A stretch of 63,541 nucleotides of DNA, counting the filler, from Octopus bimaculoides (lineage: Eukaryota), in NCBI RefSeq assembly GCF_001194135.2. It is 7 parts of 6 records of this genome, joined end to end, with 100 filler letters (N's around TTAATTAATTAA, not from the genome) between each part and the next. Parts side by side here need not be neighbours in the genome. Positions count along the whole stretch, not along the records: positions 1 to 18,712 come from NC_068986.1; 6 more parts are not named here. The stretch is one strand, 5' to 3'. How positions within the stretch are numbered: position 1 is the stretch's first letter; every line of letters starts with the position of its first letter. The position numbers were made by a program, and so were the translations under genes. A model generated the notes under the pieces. The model had not been told where the DNA came from, searched no databases, and worked only from the letters and a program-made list of their open reading frames with translations. Positions 1-12,360 of the stretch are shown piece by piece.

Positions 1-2425
1 ATATATATGGGGCGTTACTCATTTCTGTATGTATTTGTATAATAATTTGCGAGGGCTAATTTGTGGGAAGATGATCGACATTCATTATCCACGAGCTTTT
101 TGGTTTACTAATGTTTCGGTATAAAATATCCTATTCTTAGCTTCGGACGAATATGTTTCGTGCATGCACGCGTTTGTTCGTGTATCTGTCTTTCTGTATT
201 TGTGTTATGTGTTCGTGTGTGTCTCTGTATGTTTGTGCTTAAGCGCGCGTGTATCACCTTGTCTTGAAATTCTGGGTTAATTGCAATCCTATTTTTCGTA
301 CATGTATGCATGGACTGAAAGAAAATACATCTTGCTTTGAAAGAAATGATGGTTAACAGCAAGACCAAGCATCGTTTCTGAAATTCTGCCTCATCTAATC
401 TCGTCTAACCCCTTGAAAGCATAGAAATGTTATATTAAGGTGTTGATGTATATGGGTTTGCGTGCGCGCGTGTGCTTGCGCATGTCCGGCTGGTGTGTGC
501 ATGTGTATATATGTTGTTATAAGTATGTATACATGCTTACATACAGATTCTTCCAATCACAGACACGTGGCACACATATAAATATGTATACATGCATAAA
601 TATCTCTATATAAATCTGTGTTGGTTGTATTCGTGAATATGTGATTCCGTTGGAATATACTAATTTACACACATCTATTGACGTGTGTCTGTCTGTCTGT
701 GTGTCTGTCTGTCTGTGTGTCTGTCTGTCTGTGTGTCTGTCTGTCTGTGTGTCTGTCTGTCAGTCTACATGTAGTATAATTCGGCTGAAAACTACATAAC
801 GTGTATCTAAGAGCACGTATGTTATTATTTGGTTATGGTATCTTGTTGCAGGTTGTATTCGGGGTTGGATAGACATGCGGATTTCCTCTTTGGGTATGCT
901 TAATACGAAAATAATATAACACGAACTTGAATAATAAAAGGCTTTAATATCAGATGACAACATTTGATTCTGCACCGTTCGCAAGCTTTATGTTACTATA
1001 ATGGTATTCAAATACCATTAAAGAAGGATATTCTTTCTAATTATTATACAATTGAATATTATCCAGTAACAGCCGCGTGTGTGAGTTTCATCGGGTGGAA
1101 TGCATATATACATACATAAATACCTCGCTATATATATATNNNNNNNNNNNNNNNNNNNNNNNNNNNNNNNNNNNNNNNNNNNNNNNNNNNNNNNNNNNNN
1201 NNNNNNNNNNNNNNNNNNNNNNNNNNNNNNNNNNNNNNNNNNNNNNNNNNNNATATATATACACCCACACAGCATTATTTCTATTCACATATAACCCATG
1301 TAGGCCAGATAGATCTAGTTGCAACTGCCGATCTGGGGGCCGAATGCCCCCTGCAAGCCCAATGCAGAAGATTTAATGTTCTGTATAAGTGCACTGTCAA
1401 CAACACACTGCTAGCCATTACATTGGATCTAGAGTCATTTTAAGCAGAGATATTCTGTACATCTGAAATCCTTTCGGTAGGATGGACACAGCAAGTCCAC
1501 TGCCCTAGCCAACCACATGCACCTGATAAATAAGAAAATACCATGTAGGATAACCTGACCATAATATATTCTAGTGTTCCATACCAAGGCCAGCGCTCTG
1601 CATGTGGATTCTGTCTTAAGGAAGCCCTACACATATTAATTGATGATTCACCACAGTTACCTAATAGACAACATGAAGCATTTTCTTCCTGCAAGCATAA
1701 GTTCTATCGTAACTTTAGGTTTTTCCACAGGTCTAGATGCAAGCAAAATCAACACATATTATATCTACTACACCAGCCTCTCTGCATTCATAGTAGCAAT
1801 ATTATACGTACGTATTTCATTTATTTATTAATAACTATTCCCTCAACATATGTATCGTTGAAGTACGTTGGCTACATAATCTTTTTAATTATTACGTTTT
1901 AATCTTAAATTTACTGCAGCCGCATGACTGAAATGAGTAAAAGTGTATATTCCCTCACGCGAATTTAAACATCTATTTCTAGCATCTTAGCCCTCTTTAA
2001 GAACACTGAACTAAAATTAAATATTCTTTCCGACTACTATGAGCCAAGAATTTATCTATCTATGCAATTTACCCTATGATAGCCATAAAATGCCGTCTGT
2101 CTTCCTCCTCCACTTTCCCAAAACATTAACCACTTACCTCTCACCCCGAACCTACCCTGATGAACAATAATACTAGTCTTTTACCTTCTATTTTTGTTTT
2201 TATTTCCGTTCTCATTCATTTTATTTCCATTATTTATCCTCGTTACCCACTTTATTTTTTATCTTTATCTTTGCTTCTATTATCTCTTTCTTTTTTCTCT
2301 TCTCTTCACTCACCCACCCCTCCCCTTCGCTTTGATTTACCTATCTATTATGATGTCTCGGTGTATCTAACAGTCTCTCTCAAATTATATACCCCTACTG
2401 CTCGCTTTTCTTACACTGTCTACAC

Positions 2426-2967
2426 CAGGGGTCACCAAACTACGGCCTGCAGGTCGGATCCATCCCGCAGGGTCACTTTATCTGGCCAGCCACCGCACTG
2501 TACCTTTTGTGTAAGTATCAGCAATGAGAATTCATTTGCCTCTGGCATGGCAACACTGTTTAGAACAACTTGTGTCTATGAACAAACATTTTCAAAAATG
2601 AAGTATGTGAAGTAGGTACATCCAACGAGGTTGACTGATGAACATTTGAAAGCAATTCTCTTGGTTGGATGCGGCAATTCCAAAGCAAATATTGATATCT
2701 TCAAAGCTAAACACCATTTTCACGAATCTCTTTAACTTTTTTTGCGGCTTAGTTTGTGTGATTCGTATATGTGCGCACTGAGGGTGATATAACTATTTAA
2801 TCGCTAATGTCGCATTCTTTAACAACTTTTTGGTAAATAAATATGTTGGCTATCTTTATTTTTTGTGTATTCACTGTATTGTATTGAACAAAATGGTTAT
2901 ATGGCCCGCGTTCATCGTTCTCGCAGTTATCTGACCCATCGTGAAAAACAGGTTTGGTGACCCCCTG
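2426..2967 (+). mobile_element. Non-autonomous hAT (Buster/Charlie/SPIN-like) element with transposase C-terminal remnant
   Basis: TIRs CAGGGGTCACCAAAC (2426-2440) and GTTTGGTGACCCCCTG (2952-2967); exact 8-bp TSD GTCTACAC at 2418-2425 and 2968-2975; internal peptides FRTTCVYEQTFSKMKYVK and RLTDEHLKAILLVG match the hAT C-terminal region. Confidence 0.92.
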
Positions 2968-3680
2968 GTCTACACGAAGGCTAACTGCTAGATCTATTCC
3001 TTCAATCTGAATGCCTTACTCAAACTACTGCTTGGATTTACCTGGGATTATACTTAAGGAGATATACCTTCACGGAAATAGGGACAGACCTCCATACCCT
3101 GCGGAACAAGATGAACTGTCAAATTTATCATTTTATCTTTATTCTCCTGTCTACTGTTTATTCTTCTATCTACTGCGAATTCTCTGTCTGGAACTTTCCT
3201 TCATACAAACCTTGTCTCTGATGACGGAAGCACAGAATTATATGTAATATACTAACACAGAAAATTCAAAACAAAACACGCGGGTGAAATCAACATAGAC
3301 AACAGCGGCACAGACAATAGGAACCACAACACAGCGTACGGTGATCATGATAGCAAGCTGCTAATGCCACGTTGTCTGTTGATTGGCTAAAATTATCCAA
3401 ATTTCTCAACTTTAATTCCAAATAACATGAGATTCTTTAATATACGAGATAAAGTCAATGGTTGATCGTAATCAAAATGCAAAGTTGCATCGATACACCA
3501 AAATTAAAAGCAATCTGAGCAAAATTAAGGGGTCTCATTTTTTGAATGAGAGACTAGATCCATATATATATATATAGTGAGTTCAAAAAAGAAAAACGAC
3601 AACAAAAATAAAAATACAACGACGCGAGGACGTGATACAGATATTGTGTTACTGGACGCTCAGGAAAGGAAAGAGAGAGA

Positions 3681-3715
3681 ATTTGATGTTTCGAGCGGAG
3701 CTCTTCATCGGAAAT
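3681..3715 (-). ncRNA. Minimal type I hammerhead ribozyme motif (degenerate) in a PLE-type terminal repeat fragment
   Basis: Minus strand reads ATTT-CCGATGA-A-GAGC-TCC-GCTC-GAAAC-ATC-AAAT: stem I ATTT/AAAT, stem II GAGC/GCTC, core with U4C, and GTC changed to ATC (CpG-type decay). Confidence 0.7.
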
Positions 3716-3947
3716 ATAGGAAAGTCCAAAGAAAGGAAGACGTATGAAGAAAATATCACCAACGATATACACGAGGTTACATTGTGGAATGACCGGAAGG
3801 GAAAGGGTGGAGAAAAGTTCTTTCTAAGAGAGGAGAGTGCAAGACAGGGAGGTATGTAAGTGTGCGTGCGCGCGGGTCCGTGTGTGTCTGTGTAGTAACA
3901 GAACTTGTATGTGTGTATGTGTGTGTGTGTGTGCGTGTGTGTGTGTG

Positions 3948-4817
3948 TGGCTGCGATATGTTGATGACACCTTCATACTCTGGCCCCACTAGGAAGATGT
4001 CCAAGTGCTGTAAGATCATGTGAATTCAATAAAGCCATCCATACAGCTCACAATGGAAAAAGAAAAAGACAATCAGCTAGCATACCTGGACGTATTAATA
4101 ACACGCACCAAGTATTCATTCAGGACATCCGTATACTGCAAGCCGACCTTCACTTGACGATACCTCAACTTCAATTCACACAATCCATACAGTGCAAAGA
4201 GAGGGATTGCTCAGTGCCTAAAACATCGAGCAATGAATATAAGTAGCGGTCGTGATACCCACCAGGAAGAAATGATCAAGCTCAGTAACAATCTATTAAG
4301 CAACAACTACTCCAAAAGCATACTCTCCATTCCAATTATGAAGAAGAGAGAGGATGAAACCGATAAACTGTCCACCGTCTATCTACCCTACATGAAAGGC
4401 CTCTCCGAAAAGATACAAACGATATGCTTCCCATATGACATCAGGACAGTATTCAAAAGTAATACAACACTTCGCAAATATATCCTTCGAGTAAAACCAC
4501 CAATAGAAAAGAATATGACTAAGAACTGCGTGTACTCCATCTCATGCTGCTGTGGTAGGTTGTATAGAGGCGAAACGTGCCACTCCCTCAAAATAAGGGT
4601 AGAGGAACATCGCAAATCTGTGACAAGTGGATATATTGATAAATCGGTTATAACTGATCCTGTATGGAAAAATGGAGACCACTTTCCCATGTGGGATGAA
4701 GTTAAAATAATAGACAGAGAACGCCACTGGAGAATACGAAAACTAAAAGAAACAGCATATATGCTAGGACACAACAACCTCCTAAACAGACCGAGTGCAG
4801 ATATGAACAGCACATAG
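3948..4817 (+). pseudogene. Penelope-like retroelement ORF remnant (RT C-half + GIY-YIG endonuclease), 5'-truncated
   Basis: One frame from WLRYVDDTFILW (3948) through IQLTMEKEKDNQLAYLDV and SVYCKPT to NCVYSISCCCGRLYRGET and RVEEH (GIY-YIG); in-frame stops at 3990, 4011, 4155 and 4815; begins at a (GT)n tract. Confidence 0.95.
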
Positions 4818-4880
4818 GAACCGGTATTAAGGAAAGATAGGAGAATTATAAGCCCTAAAATTCACTCCATAATTGCTCAC

Positions 4881-4953
4881 GGGCATATGATGTAGTGGTT
4901 AAGAGCATGGGTTAATAGCCCCCAAGGTTCCTAGTTCGATTCCAGTCAGTGAC
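4881..4953 (+). pseudogene. tRNA-derived segment (Pol III A/B boxes) at the 3' end of the Penelope ORF
   Basis: A box TGATGTAGTGG (4888-4898) and B box AGTTCGATTCC (4933-4943) at tRNA spacing; anticodon-like stem TGGG/CCCA; followed by (AAT)n. Stems are too degenerate for a functional tRNA. Confidence 0.8.
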
Positions 4954-4980
4954 CTGAATAATAATAAAAATAATAATAAC

Positions 4981-5018
<38 letters not shown>

Positions 5019-5079
5019 CAACAACGACAACAGCGAAAAATACCTTAGGAATGAGAACCCAGGTTTGAAATTTCCCCAA

Positions 5080-5125
5080 GACACCTGATGAAGGCTGGGT
5101 GGTAAATCAGCTGAAACATCGTGTT
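5080..5125 (+). ncRNA. Minimal type I hammerhead ribozyme motif in the Penelope 3' terminal region
   Basis: GACAC-CTGATGA-A-GGCTGG-loop-TCAGCT-GAAAC-ATC-GTGTT: stem I GACAC/GTGTT, 6-bp stem II with two wobbles, intact CUGAUGA and GAAA; G16.2 appears mutated to A. Confidence 0.85.
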
Positions 5126-5900
5126 AACAACAAACAAGATGAGGACAAATATCTGTCAATTGTAAATAATGTAAATAATGTACGGTTTACTAAGCCCCCC
5201 CCCNNNNNNNNNNGTCAATTGTAAATAATGTAAATAATGTACGGTTTACTAAGCCCCCCCCCCCGATGTCCTGGAAGAATTTCTGCTGAAGTCCAGATAC
5301 GTATTCGTATCGGTGGTATCAACATTCTATACTTGGTTGTTTGGAGGAGGAGGTTAGTAGTAACTATCCCACTTCTCAGAATGTTTGTGTCTTTAATTAT
5401 TTCCTGAATCAATTCAATGCAAAAGTTGGCTTTTCTTTTGATGATAGTCCTCAAGTTAATATTGATATGTTTCGTATGTGATTTTGTAACGGATTCTTTA
5501 CTTTTCTAAAGCGTCTGATTGCTTTCAAATTCAGGTGACCTTTATGTGTTTGTATCTGATTCTTCCTCATTTCCAAAAAACGACTTTTTGGGGCGATTTA
5601 ATCATACCTTAATCTCCTGGATAGTATGGATATATGTCTCTACGTTTGCCAGAAATGGCTTTATATCAACGAGTCTGTGAGATTTTGTCCGGAAGTATAT
5701 TCACCACATCCACTTTACTCTGTCTTTGTCTATGTCATTGTTTCTCTTGTCGCAGCTTTCTTTATAACCTAGAGATAATTATAAGAATCTAAGCGAGCAC
5801 TAAGTAAAGACCATCGGCACAAAACACTCCTGTGTTAGACAATCATCAAAGTAAGAGTGTACAAGTGAAAGAGAGAACTAGAAAGTAAGAGGAAGAGAGT

Positions 5901-5954
<54 letters not shown>

Positions 5955-7444
5955 ATGTGCTGTCAGAGTGAGGTGAGGCTTAGAGGGAATGGAAGAAGGG
6001 GGAAACTGTCAATACAAAACGTTCTCCCAGCTTTGCAAGGGAATCAACGACACTTATATAATGTCAATTTGATATTTCTCACTCAACGTTGTCAGTTTGG
6101 TAAACGTGTATTAATTTAATTCATAATTCATGAATAGTTATTAACAAGTAGAACTCTATGTAGAAGACCTTGCAGTTTTATTCAGCTTCACACACACACA
6201 CACACACACACATACACTGACTCATACCCACACAGACTAACGCACACAAACTCATGCACGCACACAGACTCACGCACACACACACATACACACGGAAACA
6301 CACTTGCCTGCACATACATTCGTCTATCAAGCTACACAATGTATATTTCAGTTTAAATTATTTATTGAAAATAAATTCTTTTTCTTGCGGTTCGAATTAC
6401 GCGATACGCGATCATTTACGCAGGACAATCGCGTTGCGCAAAATTCAAGTCACATAACAAATATTTCCGTTTATCTGTATTCCTGTCTATGTTTATGGTT
6501 GTAGCTGTGAGCGTGTGTGTTTATGTAAATGTGTGAGTTATTCCTAACAAAGAAAAGAAAGTATTCACAATACTTTGTTAGAAATAAGCGTTGATGTATT
6601 TCAGTGCTACTCTGATGTCTCCTGTGACATCTAGTCGCATTGCCGGATTGAATAAGCTAAATACTAAGAGCAGATCACATCTCGTAAGAATTTATTAACC
6701 ACAGCATACGTTTGGTTGACAGATGAACGACTATCAAATAGAAGTGTGTGCTGGACAACCAATGATACAGTAGAAACAGACAGAAATATCTTAGCCATGT
6801 TAGAAAACCTCGGACAAAGTAGTGAAATGAGGCCCCAATATACATCACCACTTCGATCATCTGGAGTTTAAACATTAATTGGTGACTCTTTATCTCATTC
6901 TTCTACTTGCATTTTAACAGTATGTGTGTGTGTGCATATATATATATATATANNNNNNNNNNNNNNNNNNNNNNNNNNNNNNNNNNNNNNNNNNNNNNNN
7001 NNNNNNNNNNNNNNNNNNNNNNNNNNNNNNNNNNNNNNNNNNNNNNNNNNNNNNNNNNNNNNNNNNNNNNNNNNNNNNNNNNNNNNNNNNNNNNNNNNNN
7101 NNNNNNNNNNNNNNNNNNNNNNNNNNNNNNNNNNNNNNNNNNNNNNNNNNNNNNNNNNNNNNNNNNNNNNNNNNNNNNNNNNNNNNNNNNNNNNNNNNNN
7201 NNNNNNNNNNNNNNNNNNNNNNNNNNNNNNNNNNNNNNNNNNNNNNNNNNNNNNNNNNNNNNNNNNNNNNNNNNNNNNNNNNNNNNNNNNNNNNNNNNNN
7301 NNNNNNNNNNNATATATACTGACATATACACACATACATGTATATATACACATATACATATACAAACATATACACACACACGCGCTAACGTATATGTATG
7401 TATGTGTGCACGTGTGTATATATATTTATTACTAGCGAAGGCCT

Positions 7445-7513
7445 GTTTATAGGGTTACCCTGGGTTGCTCACCATAAAGATCATCTTTACGGCATATCAT
7501 CAGACCCTAAAAC
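7445..7513 (-). ncRNA. Type I hammerhead motif, left arm (GAAA mutated to GCAA)
   Basis: Minus strand: GTTTTAGGGT-CTGATGA-T(A)TGCCGTAAAGA-TGA-TCTTTATGGTG-A-GCAA-CCCAGGGT-A-ACCCTATAAAC; about 10-bp stem I and 11-bp stem II. Confidence 0.8.
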
Positions 7514-7946
7514 TTGTTGGCCCATGGCCTCTTTAAAGTATAGAGGGGGAAACGAACCGATATATACAATGGGGGTTATCTTCCTCTCTGATGGCCATCG
7601 GCTGGTCATCGGCTTCCGACTATGTTGTTCTCTTTCAGTTACGCCACCTGTCGGCTGTGAGGGAAGAAGGTGGGGGGGTTATCTCTCACTCTCATCAGCA
7701 ATCAATTTCCAGCCGTGAAATTAACGATAATATTTACACCACGGCTGGAAATTGATTGCTGATGAGAGTGGGAGATAAAAACCCCTAACTTCTACCCACG
7801 CAGCCGTCAGGTGACGTAGCTGAAAGAGGATGACATTGCCGGAAGCCGATGACCAACCGATGACCACCAGAAGAGGGAGATGACCCCCATTGTTTATATC
7901 CGGTTCGTTTCCCCCTCTATAATTAAAAGAGGCCATAGGCCAACAA

Positions 7947-8023
7947 GTCTTACGGTCTGATGATACGCCATTATGCCATAAAGATACACTTTATGGCGAG
8001 AAACCCAGGGTAAGCCTATAAAC
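7947..8023 (+). ncRNA. Type I hammerhead motif, right arm (core intact, stem I eroded)
   Basis: CTGATGA 7957-7963; stem II GCCATAAAG/CTTTATGGC; GAAA 8000-8003; palindromic stem III ACCCAGGGT; GUA cleavage triplet 8010-8012. Confidence 0.82.
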
Positions 8024-8139
8024 AGGTCTTCGCTAGTCGTAAATATTACACTGCTCTTCTTCTTAGAGTGTCCTTCTTCTCTGTTTTTATGTTTTTCTAA
8101 AAAAAAGTCGATATATATATTTATATCGAAAGAGAGAGA

Positions 8140-9570
<1,431 letters not shown>

Positions 9571-9631
9571 CTCCTTTTATCTCTCACTCGTTCTCTGTAT
9601 ATCTTTTATTTTTTACTTGTTTCCGTCAATA

Positions 9632-9844
9632 GACTGCGGCCATGCTGGGACATCGCCTTTAAGATTTTTAAATCGAAGGAATCGACCCCAGTACTCTTTT
9701 TTTAAGGCCGTCACTTATTCTATCGTCCACTCTTGCTGAGCCGCTAAGTTACGGAGACTAAAACACACCATCACTGATTACAAAGCTGCGGTGAGGGATA
9801 AGCACGAACGCGCGCGCGCACGCGCACACACACATACACACGCA

Positions 9845-9915
<71 letters not shown>

Positions 9916-10058
9916 CCGATGAACTTCTTTCAGTTTCCGTCTACCAAATCCACTCACAAGGCTTTGGTTAGCCTAAGGCTACAGGTAAAGCGACTTGCTC
10001 AAGATACCATGCAGTGGGACTGAACGGGGAAACAAACTTTTTACTGCTCAGCCATGCC
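9632..10058 (-). mobile_element. tRNA-headed SINE, family A, with internal (CA)n
   Basis: Minus-strand head GGCATGGCTG...GTTCAGTCCCACTGC, body GTGAGTGGATTTGGTAGACGGAAACTGAAAGAAG, tail CCCAGCATGGCCGCAGTC; homologous pieces recur at about 10440, 10830, 11505, 28790-29380, 47440, 49140, 50800, 51600 and 53436. Confidence 0.85.
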
Positions 10059-11504
10059 GGCACCTAACGTATATAGTGGCTCAGTGCCATTCTGCGGCAC
10101 TCTAAGCAAGCGTCTTCAACTATAAATCTAGGCTAAACGGTGCCTTTTGAGAGAATTTGGTTGACAGACAAATTTGATTGTGTGGAGCCATAGCACATAT
10201 ATAGATCGGAACAGTGCTGAAAACCTCCTGGCTTTGGGTAAAAGAAAATGCAGGAGGATCAGTTACTTATGATTTTATTCAACATATTACTCGTTAAATT
10301 CATACGCATATTGCAGCAGTCCATCAGTTTTTCTAAGCCCTGTAACAGAACTCGGAATATTGGGCCTCCAACACGGTCTTTCACAATAACCTTAAAGCCA
10401 GGAACTTTTCAGAACCACCTCATATATGAAGGGTGGGTATATTTGTGTCTGTGTTTGTCACCGCACCGCTCCTTGACAAACTCTTTTAGTTTGATGATGA
10501 TTCCGTTGCTTAGTTGTTCGGCAACAGAAACCAATAAAATAAAAACCAGGTTTAAAAACAAAAGTGGTGCCCCAGAATGACCACTGTCCAATTACGGAAA
10601 CAAGGAATGTATAAAAGAAACAGAAATTGCGTAAGCGCTTTAATAATTAGCAACTTACTTTATGGTCTATGTGGCCGAACAGCTAAACTACAGAGTCGTA
10701 AACGAATCATTACAGGTTGCTAAAGGTCCATGCAATGACAAACGCAAGCGCAAAAACACAAAGGCACCCGCACACACACACCACACGTACATACATGACT
10801 GTGTGTGTATTTACACACACTCATGTGTTTATGTAACTGGCTTCTTTACAATAGGTCGGTCAGCCCGGGGCTATAGTAGAAGACACTTGCCCAAGCTGTC
10901 TCATGTCCTTAACCACACAACCATGCCGCAGCCTCTCTATCTATGCATGTACATTTGTTATTCTTGCTGAAATCACGCCTCCTTTGTGTGAAGTTCCTAA
11001 ATCAATATCGCCAAATAAAATTAAAGATTGAATACGTTGATGAATGATCTGCAATATTTCCCACGAAATTTCGGGAATATATAGGAAGGTAAGTACTCTT
11101 TAAAATGGTGCTGGGTTGAGTCTCTGTTCAGCTTTAGAATGTTATGAGAAGGTGGAACGAAATGGCGAAGATTTTTGAATATATAAAGGCGCAGTTTTTT
11201 GAATTTTTCTTTGTGATGTCGTTGTACTATTTTTGTTGGGGGCCTTTTCTTCATTTGAAAAGCTTTTTGAATTGTCTTTCTCCTTGTTTTAAATTGCGAC
11301 AATGCTGGAGAAATTCCTTGGAGTGATTAGTCGAATGAGTGAAACCCAATACATATTTTTAAACCTGTTACTTATTCTATCGAATTATTTTGACGATTCA
11401 ATAAGTTACGAGAGCGTAGACTATTCAACACCTGTTTCAAGTGGTGGAGAGATAAATAAGTAAAAACTCAAAGACACTCATATATGCACATATACGAACA
11501 CACA

Positions 11505-11660
11505 TCTCGTCTATGGCAGGATTCCATACAGTTTCCGTCAACCAAATTCATTCACAAAACATTTGCCGGTCCGGGGCCATAGTACAACATGCTTACCCAA
11601 GGTGCTCCGCAGTGGGATTCAACCTGAAATCACGTAGTTACAAAGCGATCACGCAGTTAT
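11505..11660 (-). mobile_element. SINE family A, 5' half
   Basis: CAGTTTCCGTCAACCAAATTCATTCACAA...CCCAAGGTGCTCCGCAGTGGGATTCAACC matches the 9920-10030 copy. Confidence 0.75.
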
Positions 11661-12179
11661 ACCTGTTTACTCTCCGAAATTTGTTTATTGTTGCATGTAA
11701 TATCGTGTATCTTTTGCTATAGGTGTCGTTGATACTAATCACTGAATGTTGATTTCATATCAGTGTTGGCCAGTTCTCGTTTGAGTTGGGTGAATATAGT
11801 GTATTCCTTTTCGTATTCCTTCTTCAGTTTCTCAACATTACTCGACGTTTGTTCAGTGTTCAATGCATTATACTTACGTTAATTATATGTTGTGTCTTAG
11901 ATTGGTTGTTACTAGAATTTATCAGATTGGCTACGTAAGGTGCAAACTCAAAAATATCATTTCGTCATGTCGAAAACTCGAAGCCTCTTTAGTGCTGGTG
12001 CTACCATAAAATGTACACAATACATTACAAAGTAGTTGATGTTAGAAAGGGCATCCAATTGTAGAGATCGTTTCCAAAGTGAAGCGCCCAGCTAGGTAGG
12101 GTCCCCTAACTATTGTAGTAGAACAGTAATTCCGAATATGAACTAAACTCCGACAATATCAACCTATCCAAACCAACAC

Positions 12180-12360
12180 GCAGCATCTTTACACACTGAG
12201 CTCAAATTCCGTCGAGGTTGACTTTGCCTTTCATTCTTTAAAGGTCGATAAAATAAGTACCAGTTACGCACTGGGGTGGATGTGTTCAACTTATTCCCTA
12301 CCCCAAAATTCCAGAACTCTTGCCTTTTGTACAAAAGATTGTTATTGTATTCTTTTTGTT
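12180..12360 (+). mobile_element. tRNA-headed SINE, family B (head eroded)
   Basis: CTGAGCTCAAATTCCGTCGAGGTTGACTTTGCCTTTCAT...AAGTACCAGTTACGCACTGGGG matches the copies at 48001-49066. Confidence 0.8.

Larger units (their letters stand above)
7431..8037. repeat. About 600-bp inverted repeat (arms 7431-7717 and 7740-8037, 22-bp spacer)
   Basis: Arms align end to end in reverse complement (ACTAGCGAAG...CAGCCGTG / CACGGCTG...CTTCGCTAGT), roughly 85% identical by eye. Confidence 0.97.

Noticed and set aside
4881-4953. Functional tRNA gene
   Set aside because: Acceptor and T stems are mismatched, there is no U33 and no T-run terminator; called tRNA-derived instead.
5155-5262. About 49-bp direct repeat around a 10-N gap (also 63016-63115)
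   Set aside because: Identical sequence on both sides of a minimal gap indicates unmerged overlapping contig ends.
7759-7830. Second CTGATGA...GAAA inside the palindrome arms
   Set aside because: GAAA is followed by GAG, with no stem III, no UH triplet and no stem I partner in either arm.
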